35,393 bases of DNA from Thermodesulfovibrionales bacterium (GCA_044450345.1 JBIOIY010000034.1:1-35393); one strand, 5' to 3'; numbered from the stretch's first letter, positions 1 to 9,231 are shown. Translations and numbers: made by a program. Notes: generated from the sequence alone by a model not told the origin.

Positions 1-246
1 GGTGTTGGCCTCGCTCATTAGCCTCGTGCGGTTGCTTCCCAGGAAGCGCACTGCTCGTGTGCCTTATCCAGGTCAGCGCTGTTCCCAAAAGGAAACCCTC
101 TCCATAACTGCGTAAGCAGTTTGGTGGCGGGAGGATGTCATTCGACCTACTTTACACTTCCTTACTTACACTTCATGTATTTCCATTCTTTACTCCCTCA
201 ATACATATGTTCTTCTGCTGAAGCTTCACACTTTTGTCATAGTGTC
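1..246 (-). mobile_element. Possible non-coding left end of an IS110-family element (transposase would lie outside the window, to the left)
   Basis: No credible ORF. The minus strand reads GACACTATG...GAACAGCGCTGACCTGGATAAGGCACACGAGCAGTGCG...GCACGAGGCTAATGAGCGAGGCCAACACC, which resembles my recollection of IS110 upstream non-coding ends. It abuts a perfect inverted repeat at 258-290. Pattern recall only. Confidence 0.35.
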
Positions 247-257
247 ATTGGCTTTTA

Positions 258-290
258 CCCGGTTAAAAGGACGGAGGTCTTTTAACCGGG
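258..290. repeat. 12-bp perfect inverted repeat (REP-like hairpin or operator)
   Basis: CCCGGTTAAAAG (258-269) and CTTTTAACCGGG (279-290) with a 9-nt spacer. Confidence 0.8.
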
Positions 291-343
291 GCAACCCTTC
301 AGACGGAGGCTATGGTATAGTTAAGAAAAGGGAGGTGAGGACG

Positions 344-895
344 ATGACGGAAAAAGAGAGACCGTTGCCGGAGCCGGCGAAGCGGGCCTTTGGCAGGAAA
401 GGGCGTCATGAAGAAAGCGACGGGAAGCCCCTCATGGCTGATGAAATAGCCTTGGCTGCGGCAGAGGGCAGGCTGGAGGATTTCCTGCATAATGAGGTCC
501 CGGACAACGACTACGCCAGGACCCTTGTATCGATGATGATGGGTATGACCGGTATGGCCTCAGTCGTAACGCCACCGGATACCGCAGGTGAGGCTGTTCT
601 TAAGGATGAGACTGCGAATCCTTCCGAGCCCCCTGAGGATGTCATTGCAGCCGTCCGCGAAGGTGATACAGAGGAGATTAAAAGGCTTCTTCAGAGGGAG
701 CATAAAAAACGCAGTCCCGGTGAAGAGACTGTTGCGGAGAGACAAGCCGAGACACCTTCGAAGCCGACGGTAGAAAAAGAAGTAATCGAAAACCTTGTGA
801 AAATCGCGTCAGACAACGACGTATCCCTGGACTGGCTTACCTTGCGCGCACTCAAACTCTATGTCCAGGAATATCAAAGGACAGGGCGGCTTTAG
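344..895 (+). CDS. Hypothetical protein with a possible C-terminal ribbon-helix-helix-like segment
   Basis: ORF 242..895; ATG 344 follows GGAGGTGAGG. C-terminus VEKEVIENLVKIASDNDVSLDWLTLRALKLYVQEY is reminiscent of CopG/RHH. Confidence 0.7.
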   Translation: MTEKERPLPEPAKRAFGRKGRHEESDGKPLMADEIALAAAEGRLEDFLHNEVPDNDYARTLVSMMMGMTGMASVVTPPDTAGEAVLKDETANPSEPPEDVIAAVREGDTEEIKRLLQREHKKRSPGEETVAERQAETPSKPTVEKEVIENLVKIASDNDVSLDWLTLRALKLYVQEYQRTGRL

Positions 896-925
896 GCGGC
901 GAAGATAAGGTAATCCTTTTTTTAT

Positions 926-1621
926 GTGAAAAGGTATCTTCTTAAAGAGTACGGCTCATGGGGGGTGATGGCCCTCTCGTTCCTGACGGGTGTTTTGGTG
1001 AGCGGTGGGTTTTCGCTGAAGGTCCTGCCCGCCTTTATTGCAATTTGCCTTTTAATCAATTCTAAGCAGGCCCTTACCCTGTGGTGGCGGGCCCAACCCG
1101 CTGAATCGGGAAGGCATATGGCTGCTTTTTCTATGCAGGCCGGCCCGGCATCCGTGATATTACTCCTCCTGTTCGGAGAATCTGTCACAAAGTTTCTGCC
1201 CTATGCGGGCGTACCGCTGGCGTACATCCTGTTGAGCCGCTATGCCGGCGAACACGCTGTTTATACGGAGGTCGCCGGGTTTGCGCTCCTTGCTATGGCG
1301 GCCCCTATAGCCAAGTTCCTCTGCGCGGGGCAGGTCGATTTGCGGCTGTATATAGCAGTGGCGGTCTTTTTTTGTGCGGGGGTCTTCAAAGTCAGGGTCC
1401 AGCTCAGGAAGAGGATATGGGAAAGATCGGCAATGTGTCTTTACCTTGTTTTTGCCGCAACCGTATATTATGTGATTAGTGCGCCTTTTTTCGCCCTAAT
1501 CCCTTTGTCAGACAACCTCATATTTGCGGTGACGCTCTATAAGATAAAGCTGCGGGCTGCGGGCTGGACAGAGGTCCTCAAGGGCGTGACCTTTCTTGTA
1601 CTCATGTTTCTTTTTTATTGA
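926..1621 (+). CDS. YwiC-like multi-pass membrane protein
   Basis: N-terminal KEYGSWG resembles the YwiC P-x-E-H-G-A-W motif; many hydrophobic segments; C-terminal GWTE. Confidence 0.65.
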   Translation: MKRYLLKEYGSWGVMALSFLTGVLVSGGFSLKVLPAFIAICLLINSKQALTLWWRAQPAESGRHMAAFSMQAGPASVILLLLFGESVTKFLPYAGVPLAYILLSRYAGEHAVYTEVAGFALLAMAAPIAKFLCAGQVDLRLYIAVAVFFCAGVFKVRVQLRKRIWERSAMCLYLVFAATVYYVISAPFFALIPLSDNLIFAVTLYKIKLRAAGWTEVLKGVTFLVLMFLFY

Positions 1622-2258
1622 CACCCCGCCGGGGATTTGCCGCTTTCAATATCTCTTCATACGGGACCGCTCCGGGCCTTACAAGCGATATGTCACCCTG
1701 AGACATATCGATGATCGTCGATGGCTCACCCCCCGGGGCACTGCCGTCGTCGATAAGAAGGTCGATGGCGTCGCCGAAATATCTGATCACATCAGCCGGA
1801 TTGTCCGCCGGCGGCATGCCGGAAACGTTCGCGCTTGTGGCGGTAAGCGGATACCCGACCGCCCTGGCGAGATCCAGGGCGAACGACCTGCCGGGGACCC
1901 TCACTGCCACCTTCCCGCTTCTTCCGGTGATAAGATCCGGAAGACCCGGCCTTGCTGCAAGCAGGACGGTCAGAGGCCCAGGCCAGAACCTTTCCATGAT
2001 CCTCCACGCAATCTTGTCCGGCGGAGAAGCGATGACTGCGAGCTCGGGAACGTCCCCTATGATAAGCGGCATCGGCTTATCCTTAGGGCGTCGCTTAAGT
2101 TCGAAGAGCTTTGTCAGCGCCTCATTATCGGAAAAGGATACGCCGAGTCCGTAAAAAGTTTCAGTCGGAAAGGCGACTATCCCCCCTCCCTTTATTTCTC
2201 CTGCCGCCTCGATAAGAGCGGCCTTCCTGTCTGTGTCGGGAATTCTTATTACACGCAT
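1602..2258 (-). CDS. tsaC: L-threonylcarbamoyladenylate synthase (Sua5/YrdC/TsaC)
   Basis: Motifs VAFPTETFYGLG, KRRPKDKP, FWPGPLT, TSANVSG and PSTIID. Confidence 0.95.
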   Translation of the reverse strand: MRVIRIPDTDRKAALIEAAGEIKGGGIVAFPTETFYGLGVSFSDNEALTKLFELKRRPKDKPMPLIIGDVPELAVIASPPDKIAWRIMERFWPGPLTVLLAARPGLPDLITGRSGKVAVRVPGRSFALDLARAVGYPLTATSANVSGMPPADNPADVIRYFGDAIDLLIDDGSAPGGEPSTIIDMSQGDISLVRPGAVPYEEILKAANPRRGVNKKET

Positions 2259-2313
2259 GAATGGGACATAGTAGCATAGTAATAATTTCTTTATAAAGCC
2301 CGCTATTTAGTGC

Positions 2314-2342
2314 TTGACAAAGCCCATTAGGATTAGTATATT
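2314..2342 (+). promoter_or_regulatory. sigma70-type promoter of the RRM gene
   Basis: TTGACA (2314-2319), 17-nt spacer, TATATT (2337-2342). Confidence 0.7.
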
Positions 2343-2402
2343 TAGGCTATCCTCTGTGACCTTTCCGGCCCAGCGGGATACTGTACAAATCGAGGAGGAA
2401 GA

Positions 2403-2720
2403 ATGGGTACGATGAGACTCTACGTAGGGAACATCTCGTTCAAGGCGACTGAGGATGATCTTCGGGAGCTCTTTGCGCAGGCAGGGGAAGTGTTGTCGGT
2501 GAAACTCATCACAGACAACGCAACCGGCAGGCTCAGGGGGTTCGGTTTTGTGGAGATGGCGTCCGAGGAAGACGGCAAAAAGGCGGTCACCATGTTTAAC
2601 GGACAGTCTTTCATGGACAGATCGATTGTAGTCAACGAAGCGAAACCGCAGGAAAAAAGGGAACAGGGAGGCGGTTTCAGGGACAGGAGAGGTCCGGGGA
2701 GCAGGGGACCAAGGAGATAG
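2403..2720 (+). CDS. RRM-domain RNA-binding protein with Gly/Arg-rich tail
   Basis: RNP2 LYVGNI, RNP1 RGFGFVEM, VNEAKP; RBS GAGGAGG upstream. Confidence 0.95.
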   Translation: MGTMRLYVGNISFKATEDDLRELFAQAGEVLSVKLITDNATGRLRGFGFVEMASEEDGKKAVTMFNGQSFMDRSIVVNEAKPQEKREQGGGFRDRRGPGSRGPRR

Positions 2721-2761
2721 TCGCCTACTTTTGTAGCTGATCAATTATCCAGCCAATCGAT

Positions 2762-3080
2762 TCAGGACTTCTTAAGAATCATCGAGCCGGGTGAAAGGCC
2801 TAATTCTTTAGAGACCACATCACATTTGGACTGAAAGAGAAAGTACGTCTTTTCCGCGCTTCCGATGAGGGTCTCGAAATTACCTTGTCCTTTGCTGATT
2901 ACAAGCTCCGCTGAGTGGTACTATCTCTGAAACTCAGGAGAAGTCCATTCGAGGATGGTCCCTATCGCGTCGGAACCGTTATAGATGACCTCGCAAAAGT
3001 CAGAAAGCCCGACGACCTGTCCCTCGTCGGCAACGGTGGCGTCATTCGGTACAGGAAAAACATTCAATCTTGGTACGCAT
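2762..3080 (-). pseudogene. DUF89/ARMT1-like damage-control phosphatase remnant (internal deletion, frameshift, in-frame stop)
   Basis: ATG at 3080 overlaps the purE stop and gives MRTKIECFSC. In a shifted frame it continues NDATVADEGQVVGLSDFCEVIYNGSDAIGTILEWTSPEFQR*YHSAELVISKGQGNFETL...FLFQSKCDVVSKELG...*. NDAT, KGQGNFETL and KC are DUF89 hallmarks. The internal TAG is at 2921-2923. Confidence 0.85.
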
Positions 3081-3577
3081 CAATTCCTTCGTTCTATCTT
3101 CGCCGCCTTTTCTTCGAGTTCCATTGCCATCTCTTTCCTGTAGTCGAGAATTTTCTTGGCCAGGGCAGGATTATTTCTTGCCATAATCTGGGCCGCAAGT
3201 AAACCCGCGTTCATGGCCCCTGCCTTGCCTACGGCTACGGTGGCAACGGGGATTCCCGGCGGCATCTGGACCATGCTCAGGAGGGCGTCCATCCCGCCGA
3301 AAGGAGAAGCGTCAATAGGCACGCCGATAACCGGTATGATCGTGTGGGAGGCGATGACCCCCGGGAGATGGGCGGCCATCCCTGCCCCGGCTATGATGAC
3401 TTCGATTCCGCTTTTTTCGGCGTTTTTTGCGAGCCTCAGCGTCCTTTCAGGTGTCCTGTGTGCAGACGCCACTGTCATGAGGAAAGGTATGCTGAACCCG
3501 CGGAGTACCTTGGCGGCCTCTTCCATGACCGACAGATCGGAATCGCTTCCCATGATGATTAAAACCCTAGGTTTCAT
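3080..3577 (-). CDS. purE: N5-carboxyaminoimidazole ribonucleotide mutase
   Basis: IIMGSDSDL, SAHRTP, AGMAAHLPG, QMPPGIPVATV. Start set at MKPRV after GGAGG. Confidence 0.97.
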   Translation of the reverse strand: MKPRVLIIMGSDSDLSVMEEAAKVLRGFSIPFLMTVASAHRTPERTLRLAKNAEKSGIEVIIAGAGMAAHLPGVIASHTIIPVIGVPIDASPFGGMDALLSMVQMPPGIPVATVAVGKAGAMNAGLLAAQIMARNNPALAKKILDYRKEMAMELEEKAAKIERRN

Positions 3578-3652
3578 ATCGGCCTCCCGATTGATATTCG
3601 CTTTTATGATCTTGTCCTTCTTCTTTATTCCCTGATCGTTTCTCACTGTTTA

Positions 3653-4924
3653 CTATCTGTTCAGCGCCCTGTCAGCGATGTCTTTTCTGTAGTGCATTCC
3701 AGTGAACTGTATCTTATCAATGGCCTCATAGGCATGCCGCTTTGCCTCCGCGATACTGTTACCTGTCGCAGTGACCCCGAGGACCCTACCTCCTGACGCT
3801 ATAATATCGCTGTTTTTAAAAGCGGTCCCTGCGTGGAACACATGCACTCCGTCGACTTTGTTCGCCTCGGGGATGCCCGTGATCACGTCGCCCTTCCGGT
3901 ACTTTCCGGGATAACCCCCGGAGGATACCACTACGCATACGGCCGGGTCTTTTTTCCATTCTATCCTGATTTCAGAAAGCCGTTCATCGGTCACGGCAAT
4001 GGCGATCTCCATCAGGTCTGATTGAAGACGCGAAAGAACGGGCTGCGTTTCCGGGTCTCCCAGCCGGCAGTTGAACTCCAGTACGGAAGGCTTGCCCTTG
4101 TCGATCATCAGGCCTGCATAAAGTATCCCTTTATAGGTGATCCCCTCCGACTTCAAGGCCTTTACCGTCGGTTTCATGATCTTCTCGATTACTACGGCTT
4201 CCAGTTCTTCAGTGATCACCGGGGCAGGACTGTAGGCGCCCATGCCACCCGTATTGGGGCCCTGATCATTATCGAATATCCGCTTGTGGTCCTGGGAGCT
4301 TACCATAGGCACTATCGTTTTGCCGTCCGTGAAGGCCATAAAAGACGCCTCTTCGCCCTGCAGACATTCTTCTATCAATACCCTGTCGCCTGCGGCACCG
4401 AAGACCCTGTCCTTCATGATCTGCTTCAGAGCGTCCATCGCCTCGTCCATCGTAGCTGCTATGAATACGCCCTTGCCTGCCGCAAGACCGTCTGCCTTGA
4501 TAACGATCGGCGTGCCCTTGAACTTGACATACTCTTCCGCGTGCAGGTAAGAAGTGAAGACTTTGTAATCCGCGGTAGGAATGCCGTGGGAACGCATGAG
4601 GTCTTTTGAAAAAGCCTTGCTCGATTCAAGCCGGGCAGCAGCCTTTGTCGGCCCCAGGATCCTCCTGCCCTCATTTTCGAAGAGATCTACAATACCCTTC
4701 GAGAGAGGGTCTTCAGGTCCGACAATGGTGAGGTCGATCCACTCATACTTCACGAAATCGAGAAGCGCCTGAAAATCGTCGTGGTTTACATCGATGCATT
4801 GGGCGATCTCGGCGATGCCTGCATTCCCGGGACAGCAAAAAATCTTGTCGACCATCTTGCTCTGCGAGAGCTTCCATACTATCGCATGTTCCCTCCCGCC
4901 TCCGCCTATCACAAGAACTTTCAT
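3653..4924 (-). CDS. purD: Phosphoribosylamine--glycine ligase
   Basis: MKVLVIGGGGREHA, KADGLAAGKGV, QDHKR, GPNTGGMGAYSP, EFNCRLGDPE, GGRVL. Confidence 0.98.
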   Translation of the reverse strand: MKVLVIGGGGREHAIVWKLSQSKMVDKIFCCPGNAGIAEIAQCIDVNHDDFQALLDFVKYEWIDLTIVGPEDPLSKGIVDLFENEGRRILGPTKAAARLESSKAFSKDLMRSHGIPTADYKVFTSYLHAEEYVKFKGTPIVIKADGLAAGKGVFIAATMDEAMDALKQIMKDRVFGAAGDRVLIEECLQGEEASFMAFTDGKTIVPMVSSQDHKRIFDNDQGPNTGGMGAYSPAPVITEELEAVVIEKIMKPTVKALKSEGITYKGILYAGLMIDKGKPSVLEFNCRLGDPETQPVLSRLQSDLMEIAIAVTDERLSEIRIEWKKDPAVCVVVSSGGYPGKYRKGDVITGIPEANKVDGVHVFHAGTAFKNSDIIASGGRVLGVTATGNSIAEAKRHAYEAIDKIQFTGMHYRKDIADRALNR

Positions 4925-5044
4925 CTGCAATAACCTCACTCTGATATTAGGATGAATATAATGTACAAGTGTTCAGTCATCAGCCTTCAGCCGAAGGCCA
5001 TTACCGCGCGCTGAAAGCTTATGCCGAGCGATAAATATTATACT

Positions 5045-5735
5045 TCATTTCCCCTTCAAATAACCTTTTTCGAGCATGCTCGTATATTCTCTGTCGCCGA
5101 TTATGATATGGTCGAGGACCCTTATCCCTACGGTCTCTCCGGCGCTCTCGAGCTTCCCCGTGATCAGGATGTCTTCGCGGCTGGGCTGCGGGTCGCCGCT
5201 TGGGTGGTTATGGACGAAGATGACGGAGGCTGCGGACTCCTTTATAGCCTCTCTGAAAGCCTCCCGCGGGTGTATCAGGGAGGAGGTGAGTGTCCCCTCG
5301 GATATCCTGGAGTCCCTTATCAGTCTGTTCTTCACGTCGAGCATGGCACAGTGGAAGACCTCTTTTTTGAGGCCGGAGAACCTCGGGCGAAAATACGCGT
5401 AGACATCCTTCCCTGGCGAGAATGCGGGGCCTTTGCCGCCGGTGTCATTGAGCAGCCTCTTGCCGAGTTCCAGCGAAGCCCTCAACTGGGCCGCCTTTGC
5501 CCGGCCGATGCCTTTCAGGGAGCAGATTTCGGAAAGGGACGCCTGCTCCATTTTCTTTAGACTGCCGAACTTCTCAATTAGTTCCATCGCCATATCCATG
5601 GCGCTTTTGCCGTGCCTCCGTTCCTGAGAATTATCGCGATAAGCTGGGCGTCGGACATGATGTCCGCGCCTTTATTGAGCAGCCGTTCCCGGGGGCGCTC
5701 ATCCCGGGCCAGTCTTTGATGCTTTTGTATGCCAT
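5045..5735 (-). pseudogene. radC: radC (JAB/MPN) with two apparent single-base deletions in the 5' part
   Basis: MAYKSIKDWP / frameshift near 5705 / DERPRERLLNKGADIMSDAQLIAIILRNGG / frameshift near 5612 / GKSAMDMAMEL...HPREAF...HNHPSGDPQPSRED...VLDHIIIG. Could also be sequencing errors. Confidence 0.75.
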
Positions 5736-5981
5736 GAGATACGAAATTTTATCATTCCCCCGGGTGTTAGTAAAGCCCGAAATTGTTTTAATTGGCATGA
5801 TGCGCCATTTGAACGCTCTGTCGCGGCTGTGATAATATAAATAGTGTCGTGTCATGTCTTTTTCAATGGAGATGCCCGTATGCTTTTTCAGTATTGGAGC
5901 ATTAAGCCGGACCCGTTTAGACAGAAACAAAAAGGTATGGATGGGGAAGGTCGCAAAAAATGAAAACAGATAGGAGGAAAG

Positions 5982-6416
5982 ATGAATAATAGAGGGCTGG
6001 GAAAGAGAATAATGAACAGACGGGGGTTCACTCTTATTGAACTCCTCGTGGTTATGGTGATATTGGGCCTCCTCGCGGCGCTTGTCGGCCCGAGAATGTT
6101 TGGGCATGTAGGCGCTGCAAACCAGAAGGCGGCGAGGACTCAGATCGAGATGCTCGGCCAGGGGCTTGACGCCTTCAGGCTTGATGTAGGAAGATACCCT
6201 ACGACATCTGAGGGGCTTAATGCCCTCGTCACAAATCCAGGGGTGGAAGGGTGGAACGGACCTTACCTCAGCAAGGGACTTCCTAATGATCCGTGGAAGA
6301 AACCGTATATATATCAATCCCCAGGGCAGCACGGGGACTATGACCTTATCTCTTACGGCGCTGACGGTGCACCCGGAGGCGAGGGGGAAAACAAGGACGT
6401 GAATAGCTGGGAATAG
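5982..6416 (+). CDS. gspG: Type II secretion major pseudopilin
   Basis: Prepilin site G|FTLIELLVV; GRYPTTSEGLNAL, WNGPYL, DPWKKPYIY, SYGADGAPGGEGENKD; RBS GGAGGA. Confidence 0.95.
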   Translation: MNNRGLGKRIMNRRGFTLIELLVVMVILGLLAALVGPRMFGHVGAANQKAARTQIEMLGQGLDAFRLDVGRYPTTSEGLNALVTNPGVEGWNGPYLSKGLPNDPWKKPYIYQSPGQHGDYDLISYGADGAPGGEGENKDVNSWE

Positions 6417-6500
6417 AGGGGGGCCGCTTTATTCTAAAATCGTTCTCGTTGTCCATGACCGGGCGATTTTTTGCAGACCGTCGGTGACAAAAATAAGGTA

Positions 6501-8207
6501 ATGGACGCTATCACAAAAAGAGAGATGGAAACCATTGTGGACTCTACCCACGATGGTATGATTGCGGTCAATGAGGCCGGCGTCGTGACCCTCTTCAACA
6601 AGGCTGCCGAAAGAATTACGGGGCTGAGCGCGAATGCGATAGTAGGGCGTCCCGCTGTAGATGCCGTCCCGAACACCCGACTGCATTTTGTGCTTGCCAC
6701 AGGAGAACCCGAACTGAACCACCAGCAGAGCGTCGGGGACACGGTCATCTTGACCAATAGGGTCCCGGTTCGTAATGAAGAAGGACGGTTAATCGGGGCC
6801 GTGGCGGTCTTCCGTGATATCACAGAGATCAAAACGCTGGCCGATCAGGTATCTGACCTGTGGAAGGCAAGAAGCCTTCTAGAGGCGATCATCGAATCCA
6901 CCGAAGATGCGATTTCCGTGGCCGATGAAACGGGGAACAATATTATCGTTAATTCCGCCTACACCCGTATTACGGGACTTCCCAAAGATGTGGTGATTAA
7001 TAGATCCGTCACTGTCGACATTGCGGAAGGAGAGAGTATGCATATGAAGGTGCTCCAGACAGAAAAAGCCGTCCGTAATGTGCGCATGAAGGTGGGACCG
7101 GCCAAAAAAGAGGTGATAGTGAATGTCGCCCCTATCTTTATCGACGGCAAGATCCGCGGCAGCGTCGGTGTTATTCATGATATATCGGAGATAATCGCCC
7201 TGACCGATGAGTTGTCAAAGGCAAAGAGACTGCTCCGTCGGCTGGAGGCCCGCTACAGATGGGAGGACATTATAGGCAACAGTCCCGTCATCGTGAGGGC
7301 GAAGGAGCAGGCCAGGATGGCGGCCGAAACCCCTGCCACCATCCTTTTAAGAGGGGAGAGCGGCACCGGGAAGGAACTTTTCGCGCATGCTATTCATATC
7401 GCAAGTCAGCGGAAGAGGGGACAGTTTGTAAGGGTTAATTGCGCGGCGATAGCGGAGAACCTTCTTGAAAGTGAACTGTTCGGTTACGAGGAGGGCGCAT
7501 TCACCGGGGCATTGAAAGGAGGGAAAAGAGGCCTTTTCGAAGAGGCAAATGGCGGCACTATTTTCCTTGATGAAATAGGAGATATAAGCGGTAACCTGCA
7601 GGGCAAGCTCTTAAGGGTCATTCAGGAAAAGGAGATGATCAGGGTGGGAGGGACGAGACCCGTTCCTGCTGATGCGAGGGTCATCGCTGCGACTAACGCG
7701 GACCTGGAGTCGAAAGTCCATGGCAAAACCTTCAGGGAAGACCTCTACTATCGTCTGAATGTTATGCCGATCGGAATCCCCTCCCTGAGAGAACGTAAAG
7801 AAGACATAGGGCCCCTCTCGGAGCATCTTATTTTCAAACTGAATCAGGAGTTTGGGCGTCAGGTGCAAAGCATTTCTGATGCGGCCCTGCAGGACCTTAT
7901 TGCGTATGACTGGCCTGGAAATGTGAGAGAACTGGAAAATGTGCTGGGGCGTGCAATGATAACGATGCGCCCTCAGGACAGGATCATGGAACTGCAGCAC
8001 CTCCCTCTTTTCCCCTGCGAAAAAACGAAAAGTCCAAATATTTCAGCACATCCGCAGCCGCTCGAGCGGGTTGTCGCCGAAGCCGAAGGGGCCGCCATTG
8101 CCCGGGCGCTTCATGAAACCAGGGGCAACCGGAAAAATGCGGCATCACTGCTGGGGATTTCAATGCGCAGTCTTTTTTATAAGATGGGGAGATACGGCAT
8201 AAAATAA
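6501..8207 (+). CDS. sigma54-dependent activator, PAS-PAS-AAA+-HTH (PrpR/BkdR/RocR-like)
   Basis: Two PAS domains, Walker A GESGTGKE, GAFTGA, FLDEIG, WPGNVRELEN and a Fis-type HTH. Start uncertain (6471 TTG or 6501 ATG). Confidence 0.93.
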   Translation: MDAITKREMETIVDSTHDGMIAVNEAGVVTLFNKAAERITGLSANAIVGRPAVDAVPNTRLHFVLATGEPELNHQQSVGDTVILTNRVPVRNEEGRLIGAVAVFRDITEIKTLADQVSDLWKARSLLEAIIESTEDAISVADETGNNIIVNSAYTRITGLPKDVVINRSVTVDIAEGESMHMKVLQTEKAVRNVRMKVGPAKKEVIVNVAPIFIDGKIRGSVGVIHDISEIIALTDELSKAKRLLRRLEARYRWEDIIGNSPVIVRAKEQARMAAETPATILLRGESGTGKELFAHAIHIASQRKRGQFVRVNCAAIAENLLESELFGYEEGAFTGALKGGKRGLFEEANGGTIFLDEIGDISGNLQGKLLRVIQEKEMIRVGGTRPVPADARVIAATNADLESKVHGKTFREDLYYRLNVMPIGIPSLRERKEDIGPLSEHLIFKLNQEFGRQVQSISDAALQDLIAYDWPGNVRELENVLGRAMITMRPQDRIMELQHLPLFPCEKTKSPNISAHPQPLERVVAEAEGAAIARALHETRGNRKNAASLLGISMRSLFYKMGRYGIK

Positions 8208-8257
8208 GCGGACCGGGACCGAACCCCGGATAATTTCATGCTATGGCCGGGGCCGGT

Positions 8258-8650
8258 TTATTGTTTCTGATAGATCAGCATCGTCCGCCTGCCGAGAAAT
8301 GTTTCAGCGAGATTATGCTTTTGCTCAATCTCCTTCAGCACGTCGGTCCATGGGACATTAATCATCTTTACGCTGATCCTGCCGGACATCTCAGGAGAGA
8401 CAAAGATTTCAATGCCGTCTTTTTTCTTCGCTTCCTCTGCGATTATCCGCAATACCTGATATACTTCAGCGTCCAGGAAATCAACGGAGATCATGGAGGA
8501 CTTCAGGTTCGCTTTAAAATTTTTGGTTGGACTTGCCGGCTGGTTCTCGTATCGTTCCAGGTCTTTATTCGTATAAACCTTGCCATTTGCCGATGCAGAT
8601 GATGCGATCATGAAAACCAGAAGAGAAATGACTATCCCACTCCATTTCAC
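8258..8650 (-). CDS. Small exported protein with a stand-alone secretin N0/STN-like domain
   Basis: Signal peptide, VYTNKDL, then ISVDFLDAEVYQVLRIIAE...SGRISVKMINVPWTDVL as in the PilQ N0 domain. GTG start inferred. Confidence 0.7.
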   Translation of the reverse strand: MKWSGIVISLLVFMIASSASANGKVYTNKDLERYENQPASPTKNFKANLKSSMISVDFLDAEVYQVLRIIAEEAKKKDGIEIFVSPEMSGRISVKMINVPWTDVLKEIEQKHNLAETFLGRRTMLIYQKQ

Positions 8651-8762
8651 GCTTTCTCTTCGCAGTCCCGTCAAACGCTCTATCCTCTCATTTCTTTATT
8701 TATTATTAATATCCCAATTATAGCAGTTCTGCCGTTTGTTAGACAAAGAACTTCATAATAGA

Positions 8763-8784
8763 GCCGGGGGCTGAGGCCCCCGGC
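8763..8784 (-). terminator. GC-rich hairpin downstream of the small DUF1059-like gene
   Basis: GCCGGGGGC-TGAG-GCCCCCGGC, a perfect 9-bp stem with only a weak U-tract. Confidence 0.55.
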
Positions 8785-8810
8785 GGATAAGCTGGCGATG
8801 GAGGATCTGC

Positions 8811-8975
8811 CTATGCAGCCTTCATTTTTTCCCTTATATCCTTTTCTGAAACGCTCATATTGTGAGATTTTTTCGCATGCTGCGTTACGAGATCTATCAG
8901 CTCCTTCTCGTCATGGCTTCTGACCATGAAACCGCATGTCGGTTCGCATTCGATCTTTTTAAGGTTCCCTGTCAT
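8811..8975 (-). CDS. Small putative metal-binding protein, DUF1059-like (54 aa, absent from the ORF track)
   Basis: MTGNLKKIECEPTCGFMVRSHDEKELIDLVTQHAKKSHNMSVSEKDIREKMKAA*, with a C-x3-C...H-x4-H pattern and RBS AAGGAG. Confidence 0.8.
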   Translation of the reverse strand: MTGNLKKIECEPTCGFMVRSHDEKELIDLVTQHAKKSHNMSVSEKDIREKMKAA

Positions 8976-9113
8976 GATACTCATCTCCTTTCTCTGTTCA
9001 CGTTCCTACCGTGAACGACCTCCGGAACGAGGAGAAATATTATCTCTTTTCATGATTTTATTATATATCAATGTCCTAAGGGATTCAAAAAAGCAATCCC
9101 TCCTCTGTTTAAT

Positions 9114-9161
9114 TGCAGCAATGTGCATGCAATATATTGCATTGTAGTGCAATGCATTGCG
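9114..9161 (+). promoter_or_regulatory. Enhancer (UAS): three TGCA-N6-TGC(A/G) boxes
   Basis: Boxes at 9114-9127, 9128-9141 and 9148-9161; ATGCAATATATTGCAT and GCAATGCATTGC are perfect palindromes; 110-160 bp upstream of the -24 element. Confidence 0.7.
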
Positions 9162-9218
9162 TTTTCAAAGATTTTTTCTGAAGGTAAAAAATCCGATCCT
9201 CCAAATTTAATTAAACAA

Positions 9219-9231
9219 AATCAATCAGTTA
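9219..9231 (+). promoter_or_regulatory. IHF-binding site
   Basis: AATCAATCAGTTA matches WATCAANNNNTTR, preceded by an A/T tract, between the UAS and the promoter. Confidence 0.65.

Noticed and set aside
5631..6332. 233-aa minus-strand ORF
   Set aside because: Antisense to gspG; only the codons MAYKSIKDWP near its end are real (the radC start).
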